64,000 nt of DNA from an uncultured Mediterraneibacter sp. Its GTDB lineage: Bacteria; Bacillota; Clostridia; Lachnospirales; Lachnospiraceae. Every line of letters starts with the position of its first letter. Positions within the stretch are counted from its first letter, which is position 1. A program made the translations under genes and the position numbers. The DNA lies in NCBI GenBank assembly GCA_964548625.1, contig CAZJRY010000002.1:28206-92205 (forward strand), given 5' to 3'. A model generated the notes under the pieces. That model made no database searches. It was not told the origin of the DNA and saw nothing but the letters and a program-made list of their open reading frames with translations. Below are positions 1 through 10,460 of this stretch, one piece after another.

Positions 1-1202
1 TAGCCTTTTTCTATCATGATTCCCGTCTCCCGGCCGGTCTTTTCACTGTAACTGTCTTTTCCCGGTACCGGAGCCGTACTGTCATAGATCATATACGGCA
101 CAGGGTCGGATGTGTGGGTGCGCATGCGCACCGGTGTCGGATGATCCGGCATGACAAGCATACGAAAATCAACCCCTGCCCGTTCAAGCGCGTCTGCTGC
201 CGGTCCGATCACCTGACCGTCGATATACTCGATCGCGCGGATCTTATCTTCCGCACTGCCCTGATGTCCCATCTCGTCAGGCGCCTCTATATGTACATAG
301 ACAAAATCGTATCCGTCCTCGACCAGCGCTTTCACTGCCGCCCGGCCTTTTCCGCGGTAATTGGTATGCAGACCGCCGTCGGCTCCCTCTACGATAATAT
401 TGTGCATCCCGGCTCCGACGGCAATCCCTTTGAGCAGATCGACGGCGGAGATCATGGCTCCTTTCACGCCGTTCTTCTCTTCAAATGAGGTGAGCGCGGG
501 CCGTGTTCCCGCTCCCCAGAACCATGCGGAGTTCGCGGGGTTTTTCCCCTCCGCGCGGCGCCTGACGTTGATCGGATGATCTTTTAAGATATCATAGCTT
601 CTGACCATCATATCCCGCAGCACCGGATCGGACGGCAGATAGTCCCCGATCCGTTTTGTAAGAATATCATGAGGAGCTGTCAGGTCAACTGCTTTCCCAT
701 TGTTCTGTATCAGCAGATGGCGGTAGCTTGTTCCCGCATAGAACGTATATCCGGGTGCATAGCAGGGACGTTCAGACTCTCTGCCATGTGCAAATTCCTC
801 CTTTAAAGCTTCGATCAGGACAGCGGCCTCCTCTGTACTGATCTCACCGGAACTGTGGTCTGATATCGTATGATCCTCATATCGGTCTTCCTTCTCCGAT
901 AAAGTGACAAGGTTACAGCGGAAAGATACGTCGCTTTTTTCCATATCAGCCCCGATGCTCAATGCCTCCAGAGGGGAACGGCCGGAGTAATATTTCTTCG
1001 GGTCATAGCCGATCACAGACAGATTTGCCGTGTCACTTCCCGGCGCCATCCCCTCCGGCACTGTGCGGACCATTCCGATCTCGGAGCGCTCTGCAAGCCG
1101 GTCCATATTCGGCGTACACGCTGCTTCCAGAGGGGTCTTCCCGCCCAGTTTGTCAAGAGGCTCGTCAGCCATCCCGTCGCATAGGATCACAATATATTTC
1201 AT
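1..1202 (-). CDS. apgM: Cofactor-independent phosphoglycerate mutase family protein (ApgM-like / proposed homoserine kinase family), 3' end truncated by window edge
   Basis: Absent from the ORF track because it has no stop in the window. Manual translation from ATG at 1202 (AGGAGG RBS upstream) gives MKYIVILCDGMADEP...TPNMDRLA...PGSDTANLS...HTSDPVPY. Spot translations at the start, middle and end share one frame, which is still open at base 1. Confidence 0.9.
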   Translation of the reverse strand, partial: MKYIVILCDGMADEPLDKLGGKTPLEAACTPNMDRLAERSEIGMVRTVPEGMAPGSDTANLSVIGYDPKKYYSGRSPLEALSIGADMEKSDVSFRCNLVTLSEKEDRYEDHTISDHSSGEISTEEAAVLIEALKEEFAHGRESERPCYAPGYTFYAGTSYRHLLIQNNGKAVDLTAPHDILTKRIGDYLPSDPVLRDMMVRSYDILKDHPINVRRRAEGKNPANSAWFWGAGTRPALTSFEEKNGVKGAMISAVDLLKGIAVGAGMHNIIVEGADGGLHTNYRGKGRAAVKALVEDGYDFVYVHIEAPDEMGHQGSAEDKIRAIEYIDGQVIGPAADALERAGVDFRMLVMPDHPTPVRMRTHTSDPVPYMIYDSTAPVPGKDSYSEKTGRETGIMIEKG

Positions 1203-1217
1203 TTCTTCCTCCTGTTA

Positions 1218-2450
1218 TCAGTCTGTGACATTCTGATCTTCAATACGGATCATATGAAGGATCCCGTCGATCTGAGACGATCTGCTCTCATAATCTCTTT
1301 CCGTCATCACTTTTGTCACGATACCGAACTCATCGTCCAGACCGTCGGCCGAAACTCTCCGGACCGGTCCGAATACTTTCTCCAGTTCTCCGATCCTCTC
1401 GTCCGCGTTGCCTCTGATCCGGAGAAAGAATCTTCTCTCTGTATCTTCGATCGGAAGAAGCGTCAGTTTCTCATTTTTCCACATTGTCATGATATTTCTG
1501 TGAAGATGCTTCGCCTCGTCTACCACATCCGCGACTACCGCGCTGGCTGTCGGAAGCTTGCCTGCCCCGCTGCCATAGAACATAGCGTCTCCGAGCATAT
1601 TTCCGTGTACGAACACAGCATTAAACACATCATCAACGCTGTAAAGCGGATGATCCTTGCCCAAAAGCATCGGAGCTACGATTGCGTGTACGTGGTCGTC
1701 ATGGCGTTTGCCGGACGCGATCAATTTGATCGTCATGCCGAGTTTCTTCGCATAGAGCATATCTTTCTTTGTGATTTTTGTAATTCCCTCTGTGTAAATA
1801 TCTTCAAAGTCAACCTGCTGGCCGGAGATGAGGGAGGAAAGGATCGCAATCTTTCGGCAGGCGTCATAACCCTCCACATCCGCTTCCGGATTGCGCTCCG
1901 CATAACCGTTATCCTGGGCTTCCTTCAGGACTTCGTCGTAATCGGCGCCCTCATAAAACATCTTGCTGAGCATATAATTGGTCGTTCCGTTCAGAATTCC
2001 CGTGATCTCCTCGATCTTGTCCGCTGTCAGGCAGGAATTCAGCGCGCGGATGATCGGGATCCCGCCGCCCACGCTCGCCTCAAACAGGAAGTTGAGCTCC
2101 CTGTCACGCGCAATGGACAGGAGCTCCGCGCCGTGTTTTGCGACCAGCGCTTTGTTAGAAGTCACAACGCTCTTTCCGGTCTCGAGACAGCGCTTCACAA
2201 ATGTATATGCAGGCTCGATGCCGCCCATTACCTCCACAACAATACGGATCTCCGGATCGTTAATGATCACGTCCACATCATGGATGATCTTCTCCTGGAT
2301 AGGATCTCCGGGAAAATCTCTGAGATCGAGCACATATTTGATATTAATCTCATTTGCGGCGCGCTGATTGATAACGTCGCTGTTCGTATTGATCACTTCC
2401 ACTACGCCGGAACCCACGGTACCGTATCCCATTACTGCTATATTTACCAT
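1218..2450 (-). CDS. hom: Homoserine dehydrogenase
   Basis: N-terminal GYGTVGSG Rossmann motif, FEASVGGGIP, GILNGTTNY, DVEGYDACRK. Confidence 0.97.
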   Translation of the reverse strand: MVNIAVMGYGTVGSGVVEVINTNSDVINQRAANEINIKYVLDLRDFPGDPIQEKIIHDVDVIINDPEIRIVVEVMGGIEPAYTFVKRCLETGKSVVTSNKALVAKHGAELLSIARDRELNFLFEASVGGGIPIIRALNSCLTADKIEEITGILNGTTNYMLSKMFYEGADYDEVLKEAQDNGYAERNPEADVEGYDACRKIAILSSLISGQQVDFEDIYTEGITKITKKDMLYAKKLGMTIKLIASGKRHDDHVHAIVAPMLLGKDHPLYSVDDVFNAVFVHGNMLGDAMFYGSGAGKLPTASAVVADVVDEAKHLHRNIMTMWKNEKLTLLPIEDTERRFFLRIRGNADERIGELEKVFGPVRRVSADGLDDEFGIVTKVMTERDYESRSSQIDGILHMIRIEDQNVTD

Positions 2451-2493
2451 CGTTTTCTCCTTCTCTGTACTTTCTGGCTGTCGATATTCAGCC

Positions 2494-3613
2494 TTATTCT
2501 CCGCCCGCCTGTCCTGTGTCCGCGCTCAGATACGCATTGATAAACGGATCGATATTTCCGTCCATCACGCTGTTTACATTACTGATCTCTGTATTGGTCC
2601 TGTGGTCTTTCACAAGAGTATACGGCTGCATAACATAGGAACGTATCTGGCTGCCGAAGTTGATGTCCCTGACTTCCCCCCTGATATCCGACATTTTCTC
2701 CGCCTGTTCCTGCTGCTTCATAAGATACAGCTTGGATCTGAGCATCTGCATTGCCTTGTCTTTATTCATATGCTGGGAGCGCTCATTCTGGCACTGTACT
2801 ACGATGCCGGTCGGCAGATGCGTGATCCTCACCGCAGATGAAGTCTTATTGATGTGCTGTCCGCCCGCTCCGCTGGACCGGTAAGTATCGATCTTCAGAT
2901 CGTCGTCATTGATCTCGATGTCGATATCCTCCTCAATGTCCGGGATCACGTCGCAGGACGCAAAGGATGTCTGCCTTTTGCCTGCCGCATTGAACGGAGA
3001 GATACGCACAAGGCGGTGGACTCCTTTCTCCGAGCGAAGATAGCCGTATGCGTTCTCACCCTTCACCTCAAAGGTAACTCCTTTGATCCCGGCCACGTCG
3101 CCCTCCAGATAATCCAGTTCCTCTACATCGTATCCTTTCTTTTCCGCCCATCTTGTGTACATGCGGTACAACATCCCCGCCCAGTCGCAGGACTCTGTGC
3201 CGCCGGCTCCTGCATGGAGCGTAACGATCGCGTTGTCCCTGTCGTAAGGCCCTGTCAGGAGTGTGCTGATCCTGAGTTCTTCAAACGTTGCTTCGAACGC
3301 CTCCAGCTCCTCCCCGATCTCTTTTGATGTCTCCTCATCCGGATCTTCCTCGCTCATCTCGATGAGAAGCTTCATATCCTCATAATCCGAGCAGAGCTGT
3401 TCGGTCTCTCTGACTGAATCCTCAAGGCCTTTCAATTCTCTCATTACCTGCTGGGAAGTCTCCGGATCGTCCCAGAATCTGGGTTCTTCCAGCCTTTTCT
3501 GCAGTTCTTCGATCCTGAGTTTCTTTGACGCCAAGTCAAAGTGAATCCCTCAGATCTTTCAGCGGTTCCTCGTATGCAGTCAGTCTTGACTTTAATTCAT
3601 CTAATAAAACCAC
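2494..3613 (-). CDS. prfB: Peptide chain release factor 2, translated through a +1 programmed frameshift
   Basis: The track ORF 2494..3534 has GGQ and SPF motifs. An upstream frame begins at GTG 3613 (GAGGTG RBS) and runs 25 codons to CTT-TGA at 3541..3536. A +1 shift joins the main frame. Confidence 0.97.
3536..3550 (-). other. prfB +1 frameshift site (internal SD AGGGA, then CTT TGA C)
   Basis: Minus strand reads AGG GAT TCA CTT TGA C TTG, the canonical RF2 autoregulatory slippery site. Confidence 0.95.
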
Positions 3614-3668
3614 CTTATTCACCTCTTTCATATTTAAATAAAATTCTGTTTATCCGCCGCGCGCAGCC

Positions 3669-6248
3669 TTATCCGGCTTTCTTCCTGCCGCAGCACTGCT
3701 TGTATTTCTTTCCGCTGCCGCACGGACACGGGTCATTCGGATATATCTTCTTCTCTGCCCGTTTCTTCGGCGCGCGCGCGGATGTGTCGTCTTTGTTGGT
3801 TCCTGTCACCTTCGCCACTTCTTCACGTTCCACTTTCTGCTCGACGCGGATATGGAACAGTGTACGGATGGTCGTCTCCGCGATCATGCTGGTCATCTCT
3901 CCGAACATATCGTAGCCCGTCATCTTATACTCGACAAGCGGATCTCTCTGCCCGTATGCCTGCAGGCCGATCCCCTGCCGGAGCTGATCCATATCATCGA
4001 TATGACCCATCCATCTTGCATCGATAACTTTCAGGAGTACGACACGTTCGATCTCACGGATCTGCTCTGTCTCGGAAAATTCGGCCTCCTTCGCCTCATA
4101 TGCCTTGACCGCGCGCTCCTTTAAAAGATGTTTGAACTCTTTCTGACGCATATCCCGGCACTCCTCAGGTGAAGGGAGCTCTAACTGCGGGATCACATTA
4201 TGCAGATTGAGTTCAAGACCTTTGAAATCCCAGTCGTCTGATTCCGCTTCCGGTGATGCGAAGCGGTCGGTGATATTTTCCACGTATTCCGTGATCATAT
4301 TGTAGATCGTATCCCTCATGCTTTCGCCATCAAGCACCCGCCGTCTCTCGCCGTAGATGATCTCCCTCTGTTCATTCATGACCTGATCATACTCGAGCAG
4401 ATTCTTGCGGATACCGAAGTTGTTGGTCTCCAGTTTCTTCTGCGCGGACTCGATCGCGTTGGAGAGCATCTTGTGCTCGATCTGCTCGCCTTCCCTCACA
4501 CCTAAGGCATTAAATACGCCCATCAGTTTTTCCGAGCCGAACAGCCGCAGCAGATCGTCCTCCAGGGAAATATAGAAACGGGATTCTCCCGGGTCTCCCT
4601 GCCGTCCGCTCCGGCCCCGGAGCTGGTTGTCGATACGCCTTGACTCATGGCGCTCGGTACCGATGATCTTCAGCCCACCCGCTTCTCTCGCATCGTCATC
4701 CAGTTTGATATCCGTTCCACGGCCCGCCATGTTAGTGGCAATGGTCACAGCGCCGTGAATTCCCGCGTCAGCTACGATCTCTGCCTCCTGCTCATGATAC
4801 TTCGCGTTCAGCACATTATGCCTGATGCCCTCCTTTTTCAGCATTCTGCTCAACAGCTCGGACACTTCGATCGTGATCGTACCGACAAGTACCGGCTGAC
4901 CTTTTGCGTGCGCCTGTTTCACCTCGTCGATAACAGCCCTGTATTTTTCCTTCTTTGTCTTGTATACGGCGTCCTCAAGATCCACACGCTGCACCGGCTT
5001 GTTGGTCGGGATTTCGATCACGTCCATACCGTATATGTCGCGGAACTCCTTTTCCTCTGTGAGAGCCGTACCTGTCATGCCGCTCTTCTTGTCAAATTTA
5101 TTGAACAGGTTCTGGAATGTGATCGTTGCCAGAGTCTTACTCTCACGGCGCACTTTCACATGCTCCTTTGCCTCGATCGCCTGATGGAGCCCGTCGGAAT
5201 AACGGCGTCCCGGCATGATACGCCCGGTAAACTCATCCACGATCATGACTTCTCCTTCGGAGGTCACGACATAATCCTGATCTTTAAACATCAGGTTGTG
5301 GGCACGGAGCGCCAGAATGATATTATGCTGGATTTCCAGATTTTCGGGGTCTGCCAGATTCTCAATATGAAAAAACTGCTCGACCTTTTTGATCCCGTCC
5401 GCTGTCAGATTAACAGTCTTCTCTTTCTCATTGACGATAAAATCCCCCGTCTCCTCGATCTCCTCACCCATAATGGCGTTCACCTTGGAAAACTCGCCGC
5501 TGGCCTCTCCACGCTCAAGCTGGCGCGCCAGAATGTCACACGCCTCATACAGCCTGGTGGATTTGCCGCTCTGTCCGGAAATGATCAGCGGTGTCCTTGC
5601 CTCGTCGATCAACACAGAATCGACCTCATCGATGATGGCGAAGTGCAGTCCTCTCTGTACGAGCTGTTCTTTATATATGACCATATTGTCACGCAGATAG
5701 TCAAATCCGAGCTCGTTGTTGGTCACATAAGTAATATCGCAGCCGTAAGCCTCCCGTCTCTCTTTATTATCCATGCCGTTTAACACGACCCCGACTGTCA
5801 GACCGAGGAATTCATGGACCTTACCCATCCACTCCGCATCGCGCTTCGCCAGATAGTCGTTGACCGTGACAATGTTGACGCCCTTTCCTTCCAGCGCGTT
5901 CAGATACGCGGGAAGTGTGGAGACAAGCGTCTTTCCCTCACCTGTCTTCATCTCGGCAATACGGCCCTGATGCAGAATAATGCCGCCGATCAGCTGAACT
6001 CTGTAATGCCGCATTCCAAGAGTTCTGAATGCGGCTTCCCTCACAACCGCGTATGCCTCGGGCATGATCTCATCCAACGTCTCTCCCTCGCTCAGGCGCT
6101 CTTTAAACTCCCTGGTCTTTCCCCTCAGCTCCTCGTCAGACAGAGATTTTATCTCAGACTCCATAGCCTCGATCCTGTCAACAACAGGGTAGATCCTTTT
6201 CAGTTCATTCTCGCTGTGGGTGCCGAAAATTTTCTCTATAATACCCAT
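3669..6248 (-). CDS. secA: Preprotein translocase subunit SecA
   Basis: [38 protein letters not shown] and a C-terminal SEC-C motif ([16 protein letters not shown]). Confidence 0.99.
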   Translation of the reverse strand: MGIIEKIFGTHSENELKRIYPVVDRIEAMESEIKSLSDEELRGKTREFKERLSEGETLDEIMPEAYAVVREAAFRTLGMRHYRVQLIGGIILHQGRIAEMKTGEGKTLVSTLPAYLNALEGKGVNIVTVNDYLAKRDAEWMGKVHEFLGLTVGVVLNGMDNKERREAYGCDITYVTNNELGFDYLRDNMVIYKEQLVQRGLHFAIIDEVDSVLIDEARTPLIISGQSGKSTRLYEACDILARQLERGEASGEFSKVNAIMGEEIEETGDFIVNEKEKTVNLTADGIKKVEQFFHIENLADPENLEIQHNIILALRAHNLMFKDQDYVVTSEGEVMIVDEFTGRIMPGRRYSDGLHQAIEAKEHVKVRRESKTLATITFQNLFNKFDKKSGMTGTALTEEKEFRDIYGMDVIEIPTNKPVQRVDLEDAVYKTKKEKYRAVIDEVKQAHAKGQPVLVGTITIEVSELLSRMLKKEGIRHNVLNAKYHEQEAEIVADAGIHGAVTIATNMAGRGTDIKLDDDAREAGGLKIIGTERHESRRIDNQLRGRSGRQGDPGESRFYISLEDDLLRLFGSEKLMGVFNALGVREGEQIEHKMLSNAIESAQKKLETNNFGIRKNLLEYDQVMNEQREIIYGERRRVLDGESMRDTIYNMITEYVENITDRFASPEAESDDWDFKGLELNLHNVIPQLELPSPEECRDMRQKEFKHLLKERAVKAYEAKEAEFSETEQIREIERVVLLKVIDARWMGHIDDMDQLRQGIGLQAYGQRDPLVEYKMTGYDMFGEMTSMIAETTIRTLFHIRVEQKVEREEVAKVTGTNKDDTSARAPKKRAEKKIYPNDPCPCGSGKKYKQCCGRKKAG

Positions 6249-6316
6249 ATCACCTAATTTAACTCCTTAATAAATAATCTCGCGGGGCACATGACCTCAA
6301 TACACTTACGTTCTAC

Positions 6317-6345
6317 ATTTTAACACTAACAAAGGGTTAATTCAA
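6317..6345 (-). promoter_or_regulatory. Putative sigma-A promoter of secA
   Basis: Minus strand TTGAAT-N17-TAAAAT with extended TG. Confidence 0.6.
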
Positions 6346-6407
6346 CAAGTTCATAACTTGTTTACATTTACGGCGCGTCTCTGCGAACGGAGCGGACCGG
6401 ACGGCAG

Positions 6408-7178
6408 TCATCTATATCTTTTCACTTCCCTGTATGGCAGATCTCCCCCGAACAGGTCCAGAGCGCTTCCGATCGTAAAATCCACGTTTCCGGCGCTCAG
6501 TTCTCCGAACCGCTTCAGATCTTCCACTGACGCGATGCCGCCCGCATATGTAACCGGCACTCCCCGCCATTTCCCGAGCATGCGCACGAGATCCTCCTCC
6601 ATCCCGGACCGTCTGCCTTCTACATCCACGCCGTGTATCAGGAATTCGCCGCAGCTTTCCGCCAGCTCGGCCAGCACATCTTCCGTAAGTCTCATATCCG
6701 TAAATTTCTGCCACCGGTCTGTCACCACATAATATGCGCCGCCGCGCTTCCTGCAGCTCAGATCCAGTACAATGTGTTCTCTTCCAACGGCAGCGATCAG
6801 TCTATCCAGATTGCCTCTGTTGAAACTGCCGTTTTTAAATACATATGAAGTCACAATAACGTGGCTTGCCCCGGCGTCTAAAAAATCCCCGGCATTCTCT
6901 GCGGTGATGCCGCCGCCGATCTGCATTCCGCCCGGATATGCCGCGAGAGCGTCCAAAGCCTGAGCTTTTGTTTCTTCGTAATATCGGGACCCGGCAGGAT
7001 TCAGCAGGATAATATGGCCGCCCCTCAGCCCGTCCCTGCGGTAGAGCCCCGCGTAAAACGGAGCGCCAAGCTCCGACGCGAAATTTGTGCTTGCCCGGTC
7101 CCCTTCATCCCGCAGAGTGCCCCCTACGATCTGCTTTATCTTTCCATTATGTATATCAATGCACGGTCTGAATCTCAT
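6408..7178 (-). CDS. hisA: Phosphoribosylformimino-5-aminoimidazole carboxamide ribotide isomerase (HIS6-like HisA subtype)
   Basis: MRFRPCIDIHNGKIKQIVG, HVIVTSYVF, VLDLSCR, HGVDVEG. Start moved to ATG 7178 after a purine-rich RBS. Confidence 0.9.
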   Translation of the reverse strand: MRFRPCIDIHNGKIKQIVGGTLRDEGDRASTNFASELGAPFYAGLYRRDGLRGGHIILLNPAGSRYYEETKAQALDALAAYPGGMQIGGGITAENAGDFLDAGASHVIVTSYVFKNGSFNRGNLDRLIAAVGREHIVLDLSCRKRGGAYYVVTDRWQKFTDMRLTEDVLAELAESCGEFLIHGVDVEGRRSGMEEDLVRMLGKWRGVPVTYAGGIASVEDLKRFGELSAGNVDFTIGSALDLFGGDLPYREVKRYR

Positions 7179-7236
7179 TTTTCCTCTCTCTTTCTGTGTA
7201 CGCAGGTCTTTCCGCCTTCGCATCTTATCGCGGACA

Positions 7237-7270
7237 CTGCCGCAGAAGGGTCCGATCCCTCCTGCGGCAG
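7237..7270 (-). terminator. Hairpin downstream of small lipoprotein gene
   Basis: CTGCCGCAGAAGGG / CCCTCCTGCGGCAG, 14-bp stem with one mismatch. The T tract is not convincing. Confidence 0.5.
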
Positions 7271-7280
7271 CGTAAATACT

Positions 7281-7508
7281 TTACTGTGTCAGCTCATCTT
7301 CTGCTTTATCGATCTCATCTGTCACGTCATCTGTCACATCGTCCACACCGTCCGTCACATCATCCGCGGCGTCGTCCAGGATGCTGTCCCCTTCTGTGGC
7401 GTCATTCATCGTTCTGTCGCCGGCATCACTGCTGCTTCCGCACGCCGCTGTGCCCAGAAGTACGAATGTACATATCATGAGCAGCAGAAGTGTTTTCATT
7501 TTTTTCAT
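7281..7508 (-). CDS. Small acidic lipoprotein with DDVT-type repeats, function unknown
   Basis: Basic N-terminus, hydrophobic stretch, lipobox-like TAAC, then an Asp-rich tail. GGGAG RBS. Confidence 0.8.
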   Translation of the reverse strand: MKKMKTLLLLMICTFVLLGTAACGSSSDAGDRTMNDATEGDSILDDAADDVTDGVDDVTDDVTDEIDKAEDELTQ

Positions 7509-7600
7509 AAAACAGTCTCCCTTTCCATAAATATTGTTGCACCCTTACTATCTGCACATTTACAATATTTATACATAAAAGTGAGCTGTTTTGCGTTTTT

Positions 7601-9553
7601 CTATAGTTTTTCGATTATCTCGCCGTTTCTGTATGCTGAAAGAAGCTGCTCCAGATCCCTGATCTGTTCCTTGAGTTCCCGTCCGTTGTCTGTGTCTCCC
7701 ACCAGGATACGGTCGCGGACTCTCTGAACCACTGTAAGTTCGGAATGGATGTCGTTTTCTTTCATTATCGCCGCTTCCGTAGACTCAAACGGTTCATGAG
7801 CCACGAGCAGGAGTCCGTAGGAATTGTAGATCAGCGTATAACCGGCTATTCCCGTCTCCTTCTGATATGCGCGGGAGAATCCGCCGTCGATGACCATCAC
7901 CTTGCCGCCGCACTTGATCGGATTCTCTCCGTCTTTCCTCTTTACCGGCACATGCCCGTTTACAATATGTCCGTATGCCGGATCAAGACCGAACTCCCTC
8001 ATGATATTGTCGATCGCTTTCTCGTTTTCTATGTAAGAATAATACGGATTTTTCTTTTCTATATGTGTTTCTTTTTCCGCGATAAAATAGCGTTCAAACG
8101 TAGCCATCCTGTTCTTCCCGAACAGCGGTGAATCCGGATGGAGCCAGATATACCACATAATATCTTTGCCGTCTTCCCGCTCTTTTTTATCGAGCGCGAA
8201 AAAGCCTTTCCTCACATATGCATCCAGTGTATCATAAAGCGCTCTTCCTCGGCATTTTCTTCCGTATATCTCTGTCTCTTTCAGGCTGCCGTCCTCATCA
8301 AGCGGCACACACCCGTGGTACAGAAGATTATCATTGTACACCTTGTAGAGACTTCCTTTTGCCAGCAGGAAGCGCATATGGCGCCGGAGCTTCTCACAGT
8401 TGACAAAGGCTTTCTCAAGCCGCTCCATGATCTCTTCTTCTTCTTCCGTCAGGGCATACGGGTCATCCGGATCCACTGTCGGGAAATTTGTGTCCAGAAG
8501 CCGGTATTCCTTCCCTTCAAGAGTGATCGTTCCGTTTTCATGATCGATCCGGTGAAGAAGCGCGCGGTCGTCAAGACAAAATGACCTGCGTCTCGCTATG
8601 ATCTGTCCCTCCAGTTTAAACTGTATGATCGAAACCGCCTTATGGATGCGCAGGTTCATCTGCATCTCTTCCGAATCCGGCCGTTCCTGCACTTTCAATT
8701 TAAAGCAGGTACACGGATCATCCATATAAACCTTAAGCGCGAATGTCGCAAGCGGGAGCAGATTGATGCCGTATCCTTCCTCCAGAATATCCAGATTGCC
8801 GTAACGCGCACAGATGCGGATCACATTGGCAATACATGCTCTCTGCCCGGCCGCGGCCCCCATCCATAAAACATCGTGGTTTCCCCACTGTATATCCAAT
8901 GAATGATAGGATAACAGCTTTTCCATGATAATGTGCGGACCGGGACCCCTGTCATAAATATCGCCCACAATATGGAGATGATCCACGACAAGTCTCTGTA
9001 TCAGTTCCGAGATCGCGACGATAAAATCCTCCGCTCTTCCTATCCTGATGATAGTTGAGATAATTTCATTATAGTAGGACTCTTTGTCGCTGACTTCCGC
9101 TTTCTCCGTGATCAGTTCCTCGATCACATACGCGAAATCTTTCGGAAGCGCTTTTCTCACTTTTGACCGGGTGTACTTGCTGGCCGCACGTTTGCTCACC
9201 TCGATCAGCAGGTAAAGATGGACGCGGTACCAGTCCTCCATGTTTGTCTCCTTTTTCTTGATCATATCCATCCTCTGTTTCGGATAATAGATCAGCGTCG
9301 CCAGAGACCGCTTGTCCCGGATACTCATTGTGTTTCCGAACACATCGTCGATCTTTCGCCTGACGGAACCGGAACCGTTTTTCAGCACATGGGAAAACGC
9401 TTCATATTCGCCATGTACATCCGTGAGGAAATGTTCTGTCCCTTTCGGCAGGTTCAAAATCGACTGAAGATTGATAATTTCCGTTGACGCGGCCGCGATC
9501 GTCGGGTACAGGTCAGACAGTCGTTCCAGATATCTGGTTTCGAGATCTTTCAT
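7601..9553 (-). CDS. fbp: Fructose-1,6-bisphosphatase class III
   Basis: LNLPKGTEHFLTDVHGEY, LHIVGDIYDRGP, DIQWGNHD, IDGGFSRAYQ. Start set at ATG 9553 after GGAGG. Confidence 0.95.
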   Translation of the reverse strand: MKDLETRYLERLSDLYPTIAAASTEIINLQSILNLPKGTEHFLTDVHGEYEAFSHVLKNGSGSVRRKIDDVFGNTMSIRDKRSLATLIYYPKQRMDMIKKKETNMEDWYRVHLYLLIEVSKRAASKYTRSKVRKALPKDFAYVIEELITEKAEVSDKESYYNEIISTIIRIGRAEDFIVAISELIQRLVVDHLHIVGDIYDRGPGPHIIMEKLLSYHSLDIQWGNHDVLWMGAAAGQRACIANVIRICARYGNLDILEEGYGINLLPLATFALKVYMDDPCTCFKLKVQERPDSEEMQMNLRIHKAVSIIQFKLEGQIIARRRSFCLDDRALLHRIDHENGTITLEGKEYRLLDTNFPTVDPDDPYALTEEEEEIMERLEKAFVNCEKLRRHMRFLLAKGSLYKVYNDNLLYHGCVPLDEDGSLKETEIYGRKCRGRALYDTLDAYVRKGFFALDKKEREDGKDIMWYIWLHPDSPLFGKNRMATFERYFIAEKETHIEKKNPYYSYIENEKAIDNIMREFGLDPAYGHIVNGHVPVKRKDGENPIKCGGKVMVIDGGFSRAYQKETGIAGYTLIYNSYGLLLVAHEPFESTEAAIMKENDIHSELTVVQRVRDRILVGDTDNGRELKEQIRDLEQLLSAYRNGEIIEKL

Positions 9554-9634
9554 TTCTTCCTCCAAGTATTCCCAATCATTTGTTTATCAGATGCACTTTT
9601 TTCTGCTCGTTTCCTTCGCTTCATTCCGTCTTTC

Positions 9635-10393
9635 CTACAGGCCGACCACGTCTCCCATACCGTACATTCCCGCCGGTTTTCCCGCGAGAAACTTGCCGGC
9701 CTCGACAGCGCCATTGGCAAAAACGCTTCTCGAATACGCCGTGTGGGTAAATTCGATCACTTCGTCCGTTCCCGCAAAGATCACCTCGTGATTTCCCACG
9801 ATCGTTCCTCCCCGTACAGCCGAGATCCCGATTTCCTTCTTATCTCTCTTCCGGCGCTCCCGGCTTCTGTCGTATACATAATGATACGCATTGTCCAGAG
9901 CCCCGTTGACAGAATCCGCGAGGGCAAGGGCTGTCCCGCTGGGCGCGTCCAGTTTCTGGTTGTGATGGCGTTCTGTGATCTCGATGTCATATCCCGCGGG
10001 GGCAAGCACCTTTGCCGCGTCCTGCAGGAGCTTCAGGAGCAGGTTGATCCCGAGCGACATGTTCGCAGACTTGAGGATCGCTGTCTCTTTGGAGGCCTCC
10101 TCTGCTTTCCTGAGCTGCTCATCAGAAAGGCCGGTCGTACACAGAACGAGCGGCAGCTTCTTCTCCACGCAGTAAGCCAGAAGGCCGTCAACCGCTTTCG
10201 CCGTTGAAAAGTCGATCACAACATCCACATCTGCATCACACTTTTCAATCGAGTCAAATACCGGATATTCATTCGGCACGCCCGCGTAAGCATCCACGCC
10301 GGCGGCGATCACCACACCTTCCTCTTCCTTAACGATATCCGTGATCATCCTTCCCATCCTGCCGTTGCATCCATGCAGCATAAACTTGACCAT
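9635..10393 (-). CDS. dapB: 4-hydroxy-tetrahydrodipicolinate reductase
   Basis: GCNGRMG, DFS, ERHHNQKLDAPSGTA, VRGGTIVGNH. Start moved to ATG 10393 (AGGAGG upstream). Confidence 0.96.
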   Translation of the reverse strand: MVKFMLHGCNGRMGRMITDIVKEEEGVVIAAGVDAYAGVPNEYPVFDSIEKCDADVDVVIDFSTAKAVDGLLAYCVEKKLPLVLCTTGLSDEQLRKAEEASKETAILKSANMSLGINLLLKLLQDAAKVLAPAGYDIEITERHHNQKLDAPSGTALALADSVNGALDNAYHYVYDRSRERRKRDKKEIGISAVRGGTIVGNHEVIFAGTDEVIEFTHTAYSRSVFANGAVEAGKFLAGKPAGMYGMGDVVGL

Positions 10394-10432
10394 TCTCTTT
10401 ATCCTCCTGTATCCGTTTATTATATACCTGTG

Positions 10433-10460
10433 CAAAAACACCTGCTGCCAGGTGTTTTTG
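10433..10460 (-). terminator. Perfect 12-bp hairpin between ssb and dapB
   Basis: CAAAAACACCTG-ctgc-CAGGTGTTTTTG, with A/T tracts on both sides. Confidence 0.6.

Noticed and set aside
1254-2540. Long antisense ORFs (e.g. 1254..2540, 4647..5783, 11744..13021, 19418..20365, 22113..23111, 35282..36370, 49095..50090, 54653..55666)
   Set aside because: Each lies opposite a well-recognised gene, and none shows a family motif or RBS. They are typical shadow frames from codon bias.
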